A stretch of DNA of 64,000 nucleotides, taken from IMG/VR virus record IMGVR_UViG_3300044656_000027, positions 47,290 through 111,289 of that record. One strand, 5' to 3'. Every line of letters begins with the position of its first letter. The stretch's first letter is position 1. This document shows, piece by piece, positions 28,399 to 36,431 of this stretch. A model generated the notes under the pieces. That model was given only the letters and a program-made list of their open reading frames with translations. It was not told where the DNA came from and ran no database searches. Source of the stretch: a virus. Its lineage: Duplodnaviria > Caudoviricetes. The position numbers were made by a program, and so were the translations under genes.

Positions 28399-28953
28399 TT
28401 AGTCCCACCACATAGCCTTAGCATATAGTGGATTCTCTTCTATGTCAACGTCCCACCAGTTATCAACCTCAGCCCAACGCCAGATCGTTCCCCAGTCGTC
28501 GTATCCATTAGGTACTTCGATAGCAGAATTTGGATCAGTGTCAGCATGGTGTCCCATGTAGTTAATAGCCTGCTTGAGTTGCTGCTTGACGTTGTGTCTG
28601 CGAGCCTGACTTACAGCCTTCTTAGCGCCGTGTCGTGGCCAACCGTAGCCTATATCAGTTGCGTAGTATTTGCAACCATCACGCCAACGATTGTGCGTAT
28701 GTGTCATTGGCTCATCAATATTACAAGGAACTTCCTCAGTCCAACGATCCCAGACGTGAACGGATTCTTGACGCTCTGGAATCTTGTAGTAACGCATTTC
28801 ATCCCAATCCCAAACATACTTGGAAGGGATGGTAGTTACATCCGTACGAACATACTCTCTTCGATGACGCAGATGATTATGGACAGCCTCACGGCGTTCC
28901 TTAGAGTCATTAGAGCGAACCCAGTAAGGACGATCCTTGCGAGTGCGGGACAT
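28399..28953 (-). CDS. Hypothetical basic/Trp-rich protein
   Basis: GGGAG RBS; MSRTRKDRPYWVR N-terminus. Confidence 0.6.
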   Translation of the reverse strand: MSRTRKDRPYWVRSNDSKERREAVHNHLRHRREYVRTDVTTIPSKYVWDWDEMRYYKIPERQESVHVWDRWTEEVPCNIDEPMTHTHNRWRDGCKYYATDIGYGWPRHGAKKAVSQARRHNVKQQLKQAINYMGHHADTDPNSAIEVPNGYDDWGTIWRWAEVDNWWDVDIEENPLYAKAMWWD

Positions 28954-29064
28954 ATTTACTCCCTTGTTAGTGCTAAAGCAAATGCCAGTATTTAGAGGAA
29001 CTGGCTGGCCTCCCGTTCATTGAGACTTTCTAGGGTGTGTTTCAGAACGGCTTAGATATCCCTG

Positions 29065-29140
29065 CACGGATGACAGGAGTTGAACCTGCATGTGTCCTTT
29101 AACCTTTCTACGCGTTCGTAGCGCGAGGGTATACATCCGC
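29065..29140 (-). ncRNA. Non-canonical tRNA-like RNA with ACG anticodon and no D arm in the usual place
   Basis: GCGGATG/CATCCGT acceptor; CGCG-CTACGAA-CGCG; 21-nt post-anticodon segment; T arm. Confidence 0.65.
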
Positions 29141-29551
29141 ATTAAGTTGCCACCAATTAAACTGTCTGGCAGTTCTGTATCTGTGACATTTGACACAACG
29201 AATATCGCACTTAGCGATCTCAGTTTGTAAAACTTCTAAACTAAGCTTTCGCTTAATACCATCCGCTATATTAAAACTTTTGGTTTCTGGATCTCGATGA
29301 TCAAAGTCCAGAAGGACTATATCAGACTCGCCACAATCTATACAGGGATTCTGATCATAGTAATTTACTAAGTAAGTTCTAACCTTTACTAGGTACTTCT
29401 CATCATTACGCCGTGCCTTAGCCAAGTAGCTTTGCTTATTAGCTTGATAATGCTCACGAGTATACTTACGATGACAAGGCTTACACATTGCACTCTTAGT
29501 TGCGAACTCTTCTTTGGCCAACTCTTGGTTGCACCTACTACATGTTTTCAT
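29108..29551 (-). CDS. HNH endonuclease
   Basis: KTCSRC...CKPC; PCIDCGE...LDFDHRDP...CDIRCVKCHR. Confidence 0.85.
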   Translation of the reverse strand: MKTCSRCNQELAKEEFATKSAMCKPCHRKYTREHYQANKQSYLAKARRNDEKYLVKVRTYLVNYYDQNPCIDCGESDIVLLDFDHRDPETKSFNIADGIKRKLSLEVLQTEIAKCDIRCVKCHRYRTARQFNWWQLNADVYPRATNA

Positions 29552-29571
29552 GCTACTAATTATAGCATAGG

Positions 29572-29609
29572 TTCGTAGGCAAGTGCTCTATCCGTTGAGC
29601 TATAGCACC
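29572..29609 (-). pseudogene. 5' half of tRNA-Arg(ACG), truncated at the anticodon loop
   Basis: GGTGCTA-TA-GCTC-AACGGATA-GAGC-A-CTTGC-CTACGAA followed directly by the HNH promoter; no matching 3' half seen. Confidence 0.75.
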
Positions 29610-29617
29610 ATACTTTG

Positions 29618-30121
29618 TTACTTCTTTAAACTTAGCAGATAATCTCTTATAGCACCAGGACTTGTCAAGTATGCTGGCTTGTTAGACAGCTTGGAACCCG
29701 CCAAATCGTAATCCTCAGCACAGAGTTGAGAGCAGATCAAGTGCTTGCTGTTAAGAACTCTAGCAGAGATCCAAGGAAGAGGCAAGTGCAGTCTCTTCGT
29801 GAAAATCGCAAAGTAATCCAGGAAACTGTATGGTGTGCCAATCTGATTGGTTGCTAGAGTAACGATAGTCACTCTTTGCTGAGCTGTCAAATCAATCAGA
29901 CCAGAGGACCACAGGATCTCTCGTCCATCGTACTTCGACAAGTTAGTTCTGATAGCACCACCAGGTTGAGCTTCTACGATCTCACCATTACCAATGTAAA
30001 TGAAGGCATGCTCATAGTTGGAGAAGCCATCTCCGTTAAGCCACTGGCCTAAGCGAATCAGCTTGCCCACAGTACCGTTGATACTTACTAAGCCTACATC
30101 ACCTGGTAATAGTTCCGCCAC
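29618..30121 (-). CDS. Permuted papain-like NlpC/P60 (YiiX/YaeF-like) protein
   Basis: PGD...YEHAFIYIG...VEA...GTPY...ICSQL (His before Cys); start trimmed. Confidence 0.8.
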   Translation of the reverse strand: MAELLPGDVGLVSINGTVGKLIRLGQWLNGDGFSNYEHAFIYIGNGEIVEAQPGGAIRTNLSKYDGREILWSSGLIDLTAQQRVTIVTLATNQIGTPYSFLDYFAIFTKRLHLPLPWISARVLNSKHLICSQLCAEDYDLAGSKLSNKPAYLTSPGAIRDYLLSLKK

Positions 30122-30251
30122 TACACTTCTCCTTGTGCTTAAAGAATGCTTTCTCTGCTTCACCCTCAGAGTCAAATGGACCCTCAGAATGCCTACCAGT
30201 AGCGCACTCGTGAGTAAACTTCCACTTACCTGGTCTATGTTGAATGACCAT
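30099..30251 (-). CDS. Small hypothetical protein
   Basis: AGGAGG RBS; MVIQHRPGKW... Confidence 0.5.
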   Translation of the reverse strand: MVIQHRPGKWKFTHECATGRHSEGPFDSEGEAEKAFFKHKEKCSGGTITR

Positions 30252-30266
30252 CTTTCCTCCTTTACG

Positions 30267-30339
30267 TACCCCCAGTGGGACTCGAACCCACACCACGCGG
30301 ATTAAAAGTCCGCTGCATTAACCGTTGTGCTATAGGGGC
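30267..30339 (-). tRNA. tRNA-Lys(TTT)
   Basis: gcgga-CTTTTAA-tccgc. Confidence 0.92.
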
Positions 30340-30363
30340 ATAGGGCCGAAGCCCTCTTTCGAA

Positions 30364-30798
30364 TTACTTACCAGTGCCAGCCTGAGCAGTAATGGTAGGA
30401 ATACCACCCTGACCAGAAGGAACGTAAACAACAGTGTTGTTCTTGCCAGACTCAGCGATACGCTCAAGAGCCTGAGTCATCTCGTACTGAACGTAGATGG
30501 GAGTCAGAGTCTTAGCGATCTCATCCTGAGCCTCACGGACACCAATGGCGTCCTGGAGACGAATCTCAGCCTGCTGCTTAGCAATCTGAACTCGCTGCGC
30601 CTGATTCTGGATCTCAATGTTAGAGACCTCAACCTGGTTATTCGCAGCAATAATATTCGCCTGAGCCTTGTTCTTAGCATCCTGGATATTCTGGTATCGA
30701 CCAAAAGCCTGGAAACCCGCAATGGCACCCATGAAGATACCGATTACAAGAGCCAGACCAAGAATCGCAGCAACACCCTTGCCCAGAATCTCAGACAT
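30364..30798 (-). CDS. Membrane-anchored coiled-coil protein (band-7 C-terminus-like)
   Basis: N-terminal TM; KTLTPIYVQY...TVVYVP. Confidence 0.6.
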   Translation of the reverse strand: MSEILGKGVAAILGLALVIGIFMGAIAGFQAFGRYQNIQDAKNKAQANIIAANNQVEVSNIEIQNQAQRVQIAKQQAEIRLQDAIGVREAQDEIAKTLTPIYVQYEMTQALERIAESGKNNTVVYVPSGQGGIPTITAQAGTGK

Positions 30799-30847
30799 TT
30801 AGTTATTCTCCTTCTTAATACTCCGAGTACCGATCTAATGATCGGAG

Positions 30848-30921
30848 AGCCCACTATGGGATTCGAACCCATGACCTCTTCATTACCAATGAAGTGCTCT
30901 GCCAGGCTGAGCTAAGAGGGC
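30848..30921 (-). tRNA. tRNA-Thr(GGT)
   Basis: cttca-TTGGTAA-tgaag. Confidence 0.92.
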
Positions 30922-31028
30922 AAAACAAGATTGAGATCGGGACGCCGAACTTGTCACTTCCCAGCGATACTGCCTGCATACAGTTCAATCTCTGGAACTC
31001 ATCTAAGCGCTTAGAGTGTTGTTCGTTG

Positions 31029-31100
31029 TACTCCGCCAGGGACTTGAACCCTGATCCATGGATTAAGAGTCCATTGCATCACCATTAATGCTTGCGAAGC
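31029..31100 (-). tRNA. tRNA-Lys(CTT)
   Basis: atgga-CTCTTAA-tccat. Confidence 0.9.
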
Positions 31101-31129
31101 ATAAGGCTCCTATTGGAGCCCGTTTTACG

Positions 31130-31435
31130 TTACTTACCAAAGAGCCAACGTGCAAGACCCTTTGTCTCTCGATAAGGCTCGTTCTCCTGGTATCCTCCAC
31201 CGAAAGTGCTCTCATACGCAAGACGCTCAGCAGAAACCTGTGCGTGACCCTCAGGAGTTAAAGGGGTACCACGAGAGAACTCCTTGCGCATACCGTCCTT
31301 GGAGGTATACTCGTTCACCTTGAAGTTAGGTGCTGGAGTATCGGAACCATCGTCCTTAAGATACTTATCGTAATAAGCATCGTAATGAACTCCGAGCTTC
31401 TTCTGCTCCTTAGGCGTAAGCCACTTCTCAGGCAT
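31130..31435 (-). CDS. Hypothetical protein
   Basis: GGGAGG RBS. Confidence 0.55.
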   Translation of the reverse strand: MPEKWLTPKEQKKLGVHYDAYYDKYLKDDGSDTPAPNFKVNEYTSKDGMRKEFSRGTPLTPEGHAQVSAERLAYESTFGGGYQENEPYRETKGLARWLFGK

Positions 31436-31469
31436 AAGGTTTTGCCTCCCTTATATTGGTTATAAAACG

Positions 31470-31541
31470 TGGAGCCACGGGGAATCGAACCCCGAACTTC
31501 GGATTGCAAAACCGATGTGTTTCCGTTAGCACCATGGCCCC
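31470..31541 (-). tRNA. tRNA-Ala(TGC)
   Basis: G3.U70; loop TTTGCAA. Confidence 0.9.
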
Positions 31542-31603
31542 AGTGTTCTCATCTAGTGTACCACACTCTAGATGAAATAAAAAGCCCAACTTAATGGGCT
31601 AAG

Positions 31604-31675
31604 CTCTCACAGCTGGATTCGAACCAACAACCTTGGAGTTAACAGCTCCCTGCTCTGCCATTGAGCTATGCGAGA
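31604..31675 (-). tRNA. tRNA-Asn(GTT)
   Basis: ggag-CTGTTAA-ctcc. Confidence 0.9.
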
Positions 31676-31746
31676 ATAAGCCTCAACCACTAGGGAAGAG
31701 GTGGTGTATGTTGTTTATCTTAGCAAACTCTCGTTAGAGAGTCAAG

Positions 31747-31817
31747 CAGGCCACCCAGGAGTCGAACCCGGCCGAATTGGGTTGGAACCAATCATGCTTC
31801 CGATACATCAGTGGCCT
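31747..31817 (-). tRNA. tRNA-Trp(CCA)
   Basis: attgg-TTCCAAC-ccaat. Confidence 0.88.
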
Positions 31818-31863
31818 ATATGGTTCCGTTGTTTCCCACGCACAACGGTTTCCTAAAAGCTCG

Positions 31864-31936
31864 TAGCGCCCGTCGGATTCGAACCGACACTGATTAGTTC
31901 CTAAGACTAATGCCTCTGCCATTGGGCTAGAGCGCC
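31864..31936 (-). tRNA. tRNA-Leu(TAG), short variable loop
   Basis: ttagt-CTTAGGA-actaa. Confidence 0.88.
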
Positions 31937-31976
31937 ATACGCACTCAGTGGCCAAAGCGGGTGAGTGCTTGTGTTA

Positions 31977-32420
31977 CTAGCTTATCAGATTATGAACGTA
32001 ATGGGAAGCTTCATAGTCTGACGCTGATGCATTGTGGATGCCTCCGTGTCCTCTGTGGTGCTTAGCACACAGGAACATGAAGTTCTCTTCTGATTCTACC
32101 CAAGCGCCCACTTCATTAGGATCAGAGATCCCAGGGAAGTCCTGCTCTAGGTACTTCAAGTCTACACCCTGCTGCATGCTGAATTCAACATGGCTGTGGT
32201 GTAGCTCCAGACCTCCAGCACACTCGGAAGTATCTCCGCCACGACGTAATGCGAATTCGCATACAGCGTCCTTGACGTGAGTCTTACGATAGTGCTCAAA
32301 GTCACGATAATGTGGATCATCCTTTCTAGCTGGATGAGCCGGAAATGCTACTGTGTAATGCTTAGTTTCAGCTTGTGTATGCGCTTCTACTACCTTACCC
32401 ATACTGGCCCTATCTGTCAA
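31977..32420 (-). CDS. His/Cys-rich protein, HNH-like
   Basis: LELHHSHVE...LCAKHHRGHGGIH. Confidence 0.5.
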   Translation of the reverse strand: MTDRASMGKVVEAHTQAETKHYTVAFPAHPARKDDPHYRDFEHYRKTHVKDAVCEFALRRGGDTSECAGGLELHHSHVEFSMQQGVDLKYLEQDFPGISDPNEVGAWVESEENFMFLCAKHHRGHGGIHNASASDYEASHYVHNLIS

Positions 32421-32998
32421 TAGCCCTTAGGTGGGCGTGTTGGATCAAATTGCTGAACCTTGGCAGCTAGGTCATGTCCATCTCTGGATACTCCATAGAA
32501 CTGTACCACATAGTTCATAGCCGCACAAGTGTTGGCTACGGCATCGTAAATGTCATATGACGTTCCAAGTTGGTGATACTTTGCAAAGGTTGGTGGAATA
32601 CATTGTAGAACACCACGAGAACAATTTGCAGGATGACCATCAGCAACGATAGGTCCAGTAGCGTTTAGATCATAAGTGTTTACTGCGTTAAAGTCATAAC
32701 TGCTTTCACGGTTGGCCGCAGTAACAAGTCCAGTCTTCCAATAACTCTGTGCTGTCGGATCAGTAATAGACATGATCTCGAATACCTTTGGCAGCACAGT
32801 AGAGGTAAAGGATACAGAGTTGTCTACTAGGCCGTAACTAACAGCACCTACACTAATAGGAGAAGGTGTAAATCCAGTGTCTACTGATATTTCGATACTG
32901 TTCTTAGTCAGCTTAGTCTTAGTTGTTATACCGTTAACAGTAATAATTGCAGTGGCCCCAAGAGGCAATGTGCCGGATGTAAATAAGTGCTCTATCAT
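32417..32998 (-). CDS. Lytic transglycosylase (SLT) domain protein
   Basis: RESS...AVNTYD.NA...SRGVLQCIPPTF...AAMNYV..YG; start trimmed. Confidence 0.85.
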   Translation of the reverse strand: MIEHLFTSGTLPLGATAIITVNGITTKTKLTKNSIEISVDTGFTPSPISVGAVSYGLVDNSVSFTSTVLPKVFEIMSITDPTAQSYWKTGLVTAANRESSYDFNAVNTYDLNATGPIVADGHPANCSRGVLQCIPPTFAKYHQLGTSYDIYDAVANTCAAMNYVVQFYGVSRDGHDLAAKVQQFDPTRPPKGY

Positions 32999-32999
32999 A

Positions 33000-33344
33000 T
33001 TATTCCAATTCAGTAATCGGTATCCAGCCCTTGCCCTCACGGCCCTCTACTAGAAGGTTACGAGGCTCCATGTCTCTGGCTACTCTGTCTTCAACCTTCT
33101 CAAGCCCATGAAGGGTCCTGTGTGTCCATATGCGGAACTTTGAGGACTCTGCCATACGTCTGAATGCCAAACGCTTGTTGATCAGCTGAGAGCGCTCCTC
33201 ACGGCTTTCACCTACAGCACCGGAAGGCTTATGAATTACTCTTACGCCCGTTTCGCGCTTATTCTGATTCTGACCACCCTTTCCTCCTGAACGGAAGGTT
33301 TGGACCTCACAATCATGAATAGTCACGCTAAATGCTTTTTCCAT
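33000..33344 (-). CDS. Peptide chain release factor (RF-1/GGQ) domain protein, ArfB-like
   Basis: [26 protein letters not shown]...ERSQLINK. Confidence 0.9.
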   Translation of the reverse strand: MEKAFSVTIHDCEVQTFRSGGKGGQNQNKRETGVRVIHKPSGAVGESREERSQLINKRLAFRRMAESSKFRIWTHRTLHGLEKVEDRVARDMEPRNLLVEGREGKGWIPITELE

Positions 33345-33345
33345 G

Positions 33346-33419
33346 TAGTCCTACTCGGATTCGAACCGAGAACCTTCACATTTTGAGTGTGACGCCTCTG
33401 CCAATTGGGCTACAGGACC
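33346..33419 (-). tRNA. tRNA-Leu(CAA), short variable loop
   Basis: tcaca-CTCAAAA-tgtga. Confidence 0.88.
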
Positions 33420-33472
33420 ATTTCTGCCCCCGATGGGCCTTGTGCACTGGAATTTCCAGGATCGGGGTAAAG

Positions 33473-33546
33473 TAGTCCTTGTCGGACTCGAACCGACACC
33501 TGAACAGGGTTTAAGCCTGTTGCCTCTTCCATTGGGCTAAAGGACC
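33473..33546 (-). tRNA. tRNA-Leu(TAA), same decoding as bldA
   Basis: acagg-CTTAAAC-cctgt. Confidence 0.88.
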
Positions 33547-33554
33547 ATAATGTG

Positions 33555-33625
33555 AGCCCTGCGAAGGAATTGAACCCTCATTTGCGCATTACGAAAGCGC
33601 TGTTCTGCCGTTTAACTAGCAGGGC
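33555..33625 (-). tRNA. tRNA-Thr(CGT)
   Basis: gcgc-t-TTCGTAA-t-gcgc. Confidence 0.85.
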
Positions 33626-33629
33626 AATG

Positions 33630-33769
33630 TGGATAGTTGGATTCGATGATTACCAACAAGGCATTTCCTACGTCATACAGTAAATACCTACCATCCCTTT
33701 GGGTGCTACCCAAGACCGCTAAGTCAGGATGTGCGTTCGACCCATAGGCGAGTCTTTTCCGCCATATCC
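33630..33769 (-). ncRNA. Expanded tRNA-like multi-helix RNA
   Basis: GGATA/TATCC-A closing stem; D-like and T-like arms; internal helices. Confidence 0.45.
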
Positions 33770-33795
33770 GGTCAGCATGATCAGTGCCGACTTTG

Positions 33796-33868
33796 AGCCC
33801 CCAGTCGGATTCGAACCGACGACCTACGCTTTACAAGAGCGTTGCTCTGGCCTCTGAGCTATAAGGGC
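33796..33868 (-). tRNA. tRNA-Thr(TGT)
   Basis: acgct-CTTGTAA-agcgt. Confidence 0.92.
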
Positions 33869-33910
33869 ATAGGGAGTCTCCGGAAGGAGGAAACAGAGAC
33901 TCCCAGTATA

Positions 33911-34204
33911 TTAGGCAGTTCCCGTAGCGGTAACTACCCAGTCTGTGTTTGCGTTCAGAGTAAAGTCAATTGGCTTGCTGAACGCGTTACCAGTTAGGTA
34001 AACAGTCCAAAGACCGTCAGTAGCACCAGCACCAGGAGCGTTAACTGCCTGCTGAATTGACGCAACTGTTGGATATCCCAGTCCAGAACCAGACGCAGGA
34101 GCGGTTTGCACGTAGCAGTGACCATCTGCGGCTGCTGCAAGAACAACCTGAGTACCCACAGTCAAAGCATTAACTCTGATTGGAGCATTGTAAGTAATTG
34201 CCAT
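33911..34204 (-). CDS. Hypothetical protein (virion-like composition)
   Basis: Ala/Thr/Gly-rich; start trimmed to ATG. Confidence 0.5.
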   Translation of the reverse strand: MAITYNAPIRVNALTVGTQVVLAAAADGHCYVQTAPASGSGLGYPTVASIQQAVNAPGAGATDGLWTVYLTGNAFSKPIDFTLNANTDWVVTATGTA

Positions 34205-34273
34205 AAGTGGCACCTTTCATGAAAGGGATTGAGCGCTATAGCATTCTCAATAATATCATGAAAGATTATTGTG

Positions 34274-34347
34274 CACCGAAGACGAGATTTGAACCCGCAA
34301 ATACCCAGCTTGAAAGGCTGGTGACTCTACCATTCGTCCACTCCGGC
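34274..34347 (-). tRNA. tRNA-Glu(TTC)
   Basis: ccagc-CTTTCAA-gctgg. Confidence 0.9.
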
Positions 34348-34496
34348 AAGCGCAGAGATGACACCAACCCCTGCGGTTATTACATAGTATTTAATAGGCA
34401 GCCTATCTCTTTTCGGCTAGCGGGAGGACAGGTAGCCCTTTAGCTCAGGCTTCCAACTCTTCCTTTATCCCTAGAGACCTATTATGGTGTCTTACG

Positions 34497-34570
34497 TACT
34501 CCGTACGGGATTCGAACCCGTATTCTCCCGGTTGAGAGCCGGGTGAGATGTCCTATTACTCTAACGGAGC
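34497..34570 (-). tRNA. tRNA-Glu(CTC)
   Basis: cccgg-CTCTCAA-ccggg. Confidence 0.9.
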
Positions 34571-34616
34571 ATACATCTCCTTGGTTGGCGAAGGAGATGG
34601 TTCCTCAATGTACGCG

Positions 34617-34689
34617 CGCCCCTGACGGGATTCGAACCCGCCCTTGCACCTTGACAGGGTACCGTGCTACTCCCATACACTACAGGGGC
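34617..34689 (-). tRNA. tRNA-Asp(GTC)
   Basis: gtacc-CTGTCAA-ggtgc. Confidence 0.9.
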
Positions 34690-34695
34690 TTTTAT

Positions 34696-35154
34696 TTACA
34701 CCATCTTAAAAGCTGCCGTACGCATGGCTTCTGCGAACTCCGTGTCAGGAAGTTTCTTGGCGTCTTGTGGTGCTTCTACATTACCAGTGAACACATCGTA
34801 TGTCAACTCACGTGTGTACTTGTTAGCGATCTTCTCCATCTGAACATACATGTCATTCAGCATGTTCATCATGTCGTTCTGCGCTCTCTGTGATAGAGAC
34901 CTTATACCATCCTGGCGTCCTCTGTCAACAGCAGCCTTGGTGTCCGCAGCAAACTCAGGTGTGTGAATTAGCGCGTCATTTTCGTTGTAGAGCTCTCGAA
35001 TCTTCTTCTCAGTCTCAGATAGCTTCTGACGTAGCGTAAGCGCCTCAGACTGCCATCTAGCCATGCCTAAGCGTGCTTCCTCAAGCTCCCACTTGGTGTC
35101 CTTGAGTTCATCTGACACAAGGGACAACGCGTTTCTAATTGCGGACTTCTTCAT
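34696..35154 (-). CDS. Coiled-coil hypothetical protein
   Basis: AGGAG RBS. Confidence 0.6.
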   Translation of the reverse strand: MKKSAIRNALSLVSDELKDTKWELEEARLGMARWQSEALTLRQKLSETEKKIRELYNENDALIHTPEFAADTKAAVDRGRQDGIRSLSQRAQNDMMNMLNDMYVQMEKIANKYTRELTYDVFTGNVEAPQDAKKLPDTEFAEAMRTAAFKMV

Positions 35155-35238
35155 TATATTCTCCTAGTTATTATCACAATGTAGTGACAGTATATCAGAG
35201 AATAGAAAAAGCCCCTGTAATACAACAGGGGCCTTAAG

Positions 35239-35529
35239 TTACTCAGCAGGCCAAGTAATGTTTGGTCGTTGAAACTTAACTCTGCCATTTCTTACAATGG
35301 CACGTTCAATATCTGGGGATTCCTCACCATAGCGAATCATAATCAGATACTTATCTGGATACTGGTACGCGATCTGCTGTAAATCCTCGTCCCAGTTATA
35401 CCACTTAGCGCTATACATGCAACCATCGTCATCCCAAGACGGACCATAATTGCCTGTATTAGCAGCAAGGACATCCTTAATATCAGGAATGTCCGTGTCT
35501 ACAGTTTCAAAATTTGAGTAATATCCCAT
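35239..35529 (-). CDS. Hypothetical protein
   Basis: AGGAGG RBS; MGYYS...KWY...GEE pattern. Confidence 0.65.
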   Translation of the reverse strand: MGYYSNFETVDTDIPDIKDVLAANTGNYGPSWDDDGCMYSAKWYNWDEDLQQIAYQYPDKYLIMIRYGEESPDIERAIVRNGRVKFQRPNITWPAE

Positions 35530-35652
35530 TCTTACCTCCTACGTAAGTGGTCTTCCCGTAGTCAGTGTGCACCTGACTTTTCCCGTACGTTCCTGCTGCT
35601 AGCTAGCGTTCACGTCTGTAGAGTGTTGTATCCCAGTTAAGGGACGGGGGCG

Positions 35653-35723
35653 CTGGGGCGCAGAGATTCGAACTCCGATAGGCTGATCCAAAGTCAGCAG
35701 TCCTGCCATTAGACGAAACCCCA
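35653..35723 (-). tRNA. tRNA-Gln(TTG)
   Basis: gctga-CTTTGGA-tcagc. Confidence 0.88.
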
Positions 35724-35739
35724 TTAAATTTGCTGCAAG

Positions 35740-35810
35740 CTCCCCGACATGGATTCGAACCACGATTTCTTCGTCCAGAGCGAAGCGTGCTGCCCTTACA
35801 CCATCAGGGA
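35740..35810 (-). tRNA. tRNA-Gln(CTG)
   Basis: cttcg-CTCTGGA-cgaag. Confidence 0.9.
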
Positions 35811-35848
35811 ATAAGTGCCCTGCTATTGCTAGCTGTTTATGGGCTAAG

Positions 35849-35921
35849 TACCGTATAGGAGACTCGAACTCCTTCGTTCACTTTGGAAGAGTGACATGCT
35901 GCCATTAAACATCAATACGGC
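35849..35921 (-). tRNA. tRNA-Gly(TCC)
   Basis: tcact-CTTCCAA-agtga. Confidence 0.9.
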
Positions 35922-35998
35922 ATTGCTTGTAGTCAGGCGGTTCTTTCAGGTTCTACAAGCTCCTCTGTCGCTACATATCGCAGCAACCGCCAGGAAAC

Positions 35999-36394
35999 TT
36001 AGTAATCGTCGTGAGATTCGTCTTCATCCCATTCAGGAACACACCAACCGCAATCACACCAGTCTTCGTAGTATTCCTCTTCCTCTTCGTCCTCATAACC
36101 AATCAAAGTTACTACAGGACCCGCAGAGGTTACATCTACGTCAACAATACGGTCAGAACCATCCTGAACCTCAGCAGATACTCCCCAACCCGTTTCAGAA
36201 CCATATTCAGCCTTCATAAGCTCCTCAATGAGGATACGAGTCAGATATGGAGTATCGTACTTGCGATTAAGTGCTCTTCCGACGCTTAGACCTGTCATAA
36301 CCATTGCTGGCAGGTCCGACCCATTCCAGTGAGTGTAAATGTACACACCTGGACGATTTCCTTCATGAATGTATACGTTAGCTCTATCTCCCAT
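35999..36394 (-). CDS. Hypothetical protein with acidic tail, probably leaderless
   Basis: MGDRANV..IYTHWNG; ATG 7 nt after -10. Confidence 0.65.
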   Translation of the reverse strand: MGDRANVYIHEGNRPGVYIYTHWNGSDLPAMVMTGLSVGRALNRKYDTPYLTRILIEELMKAEYGSETGWGVSAEVQDGSDRIVDVDVTSAGPVVTLIGYEDEEEEEYYEDWCDCGWCVPEWDEDESHDDY

Positions 36395-36401
36395 GTGAGA
36401 G

Positions 36402-36430
36402 ACTGTACTACATTCACTTGAAGATGTCAA
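36402..36430 (-). promoter_or_regulatory. Promoter (leaderless)
   Basis: TTGACA-N17-TACAGT, 7 nt to ATG. Confidence 0.65.
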
Positions 36431-36431
36431 G

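Noticed and set aside
29141-29571. Group I intron in tRNA-Arg
   Set aside because: The interval is filled by the HNH ORF, no catalytic core is visible, and the two acceptor strands do not pair with each other.
35170-35190. TCAC-N6-GTGA as a BldD box
   Set aside because: Spacing differs from the N5 consensus and it is a single site.
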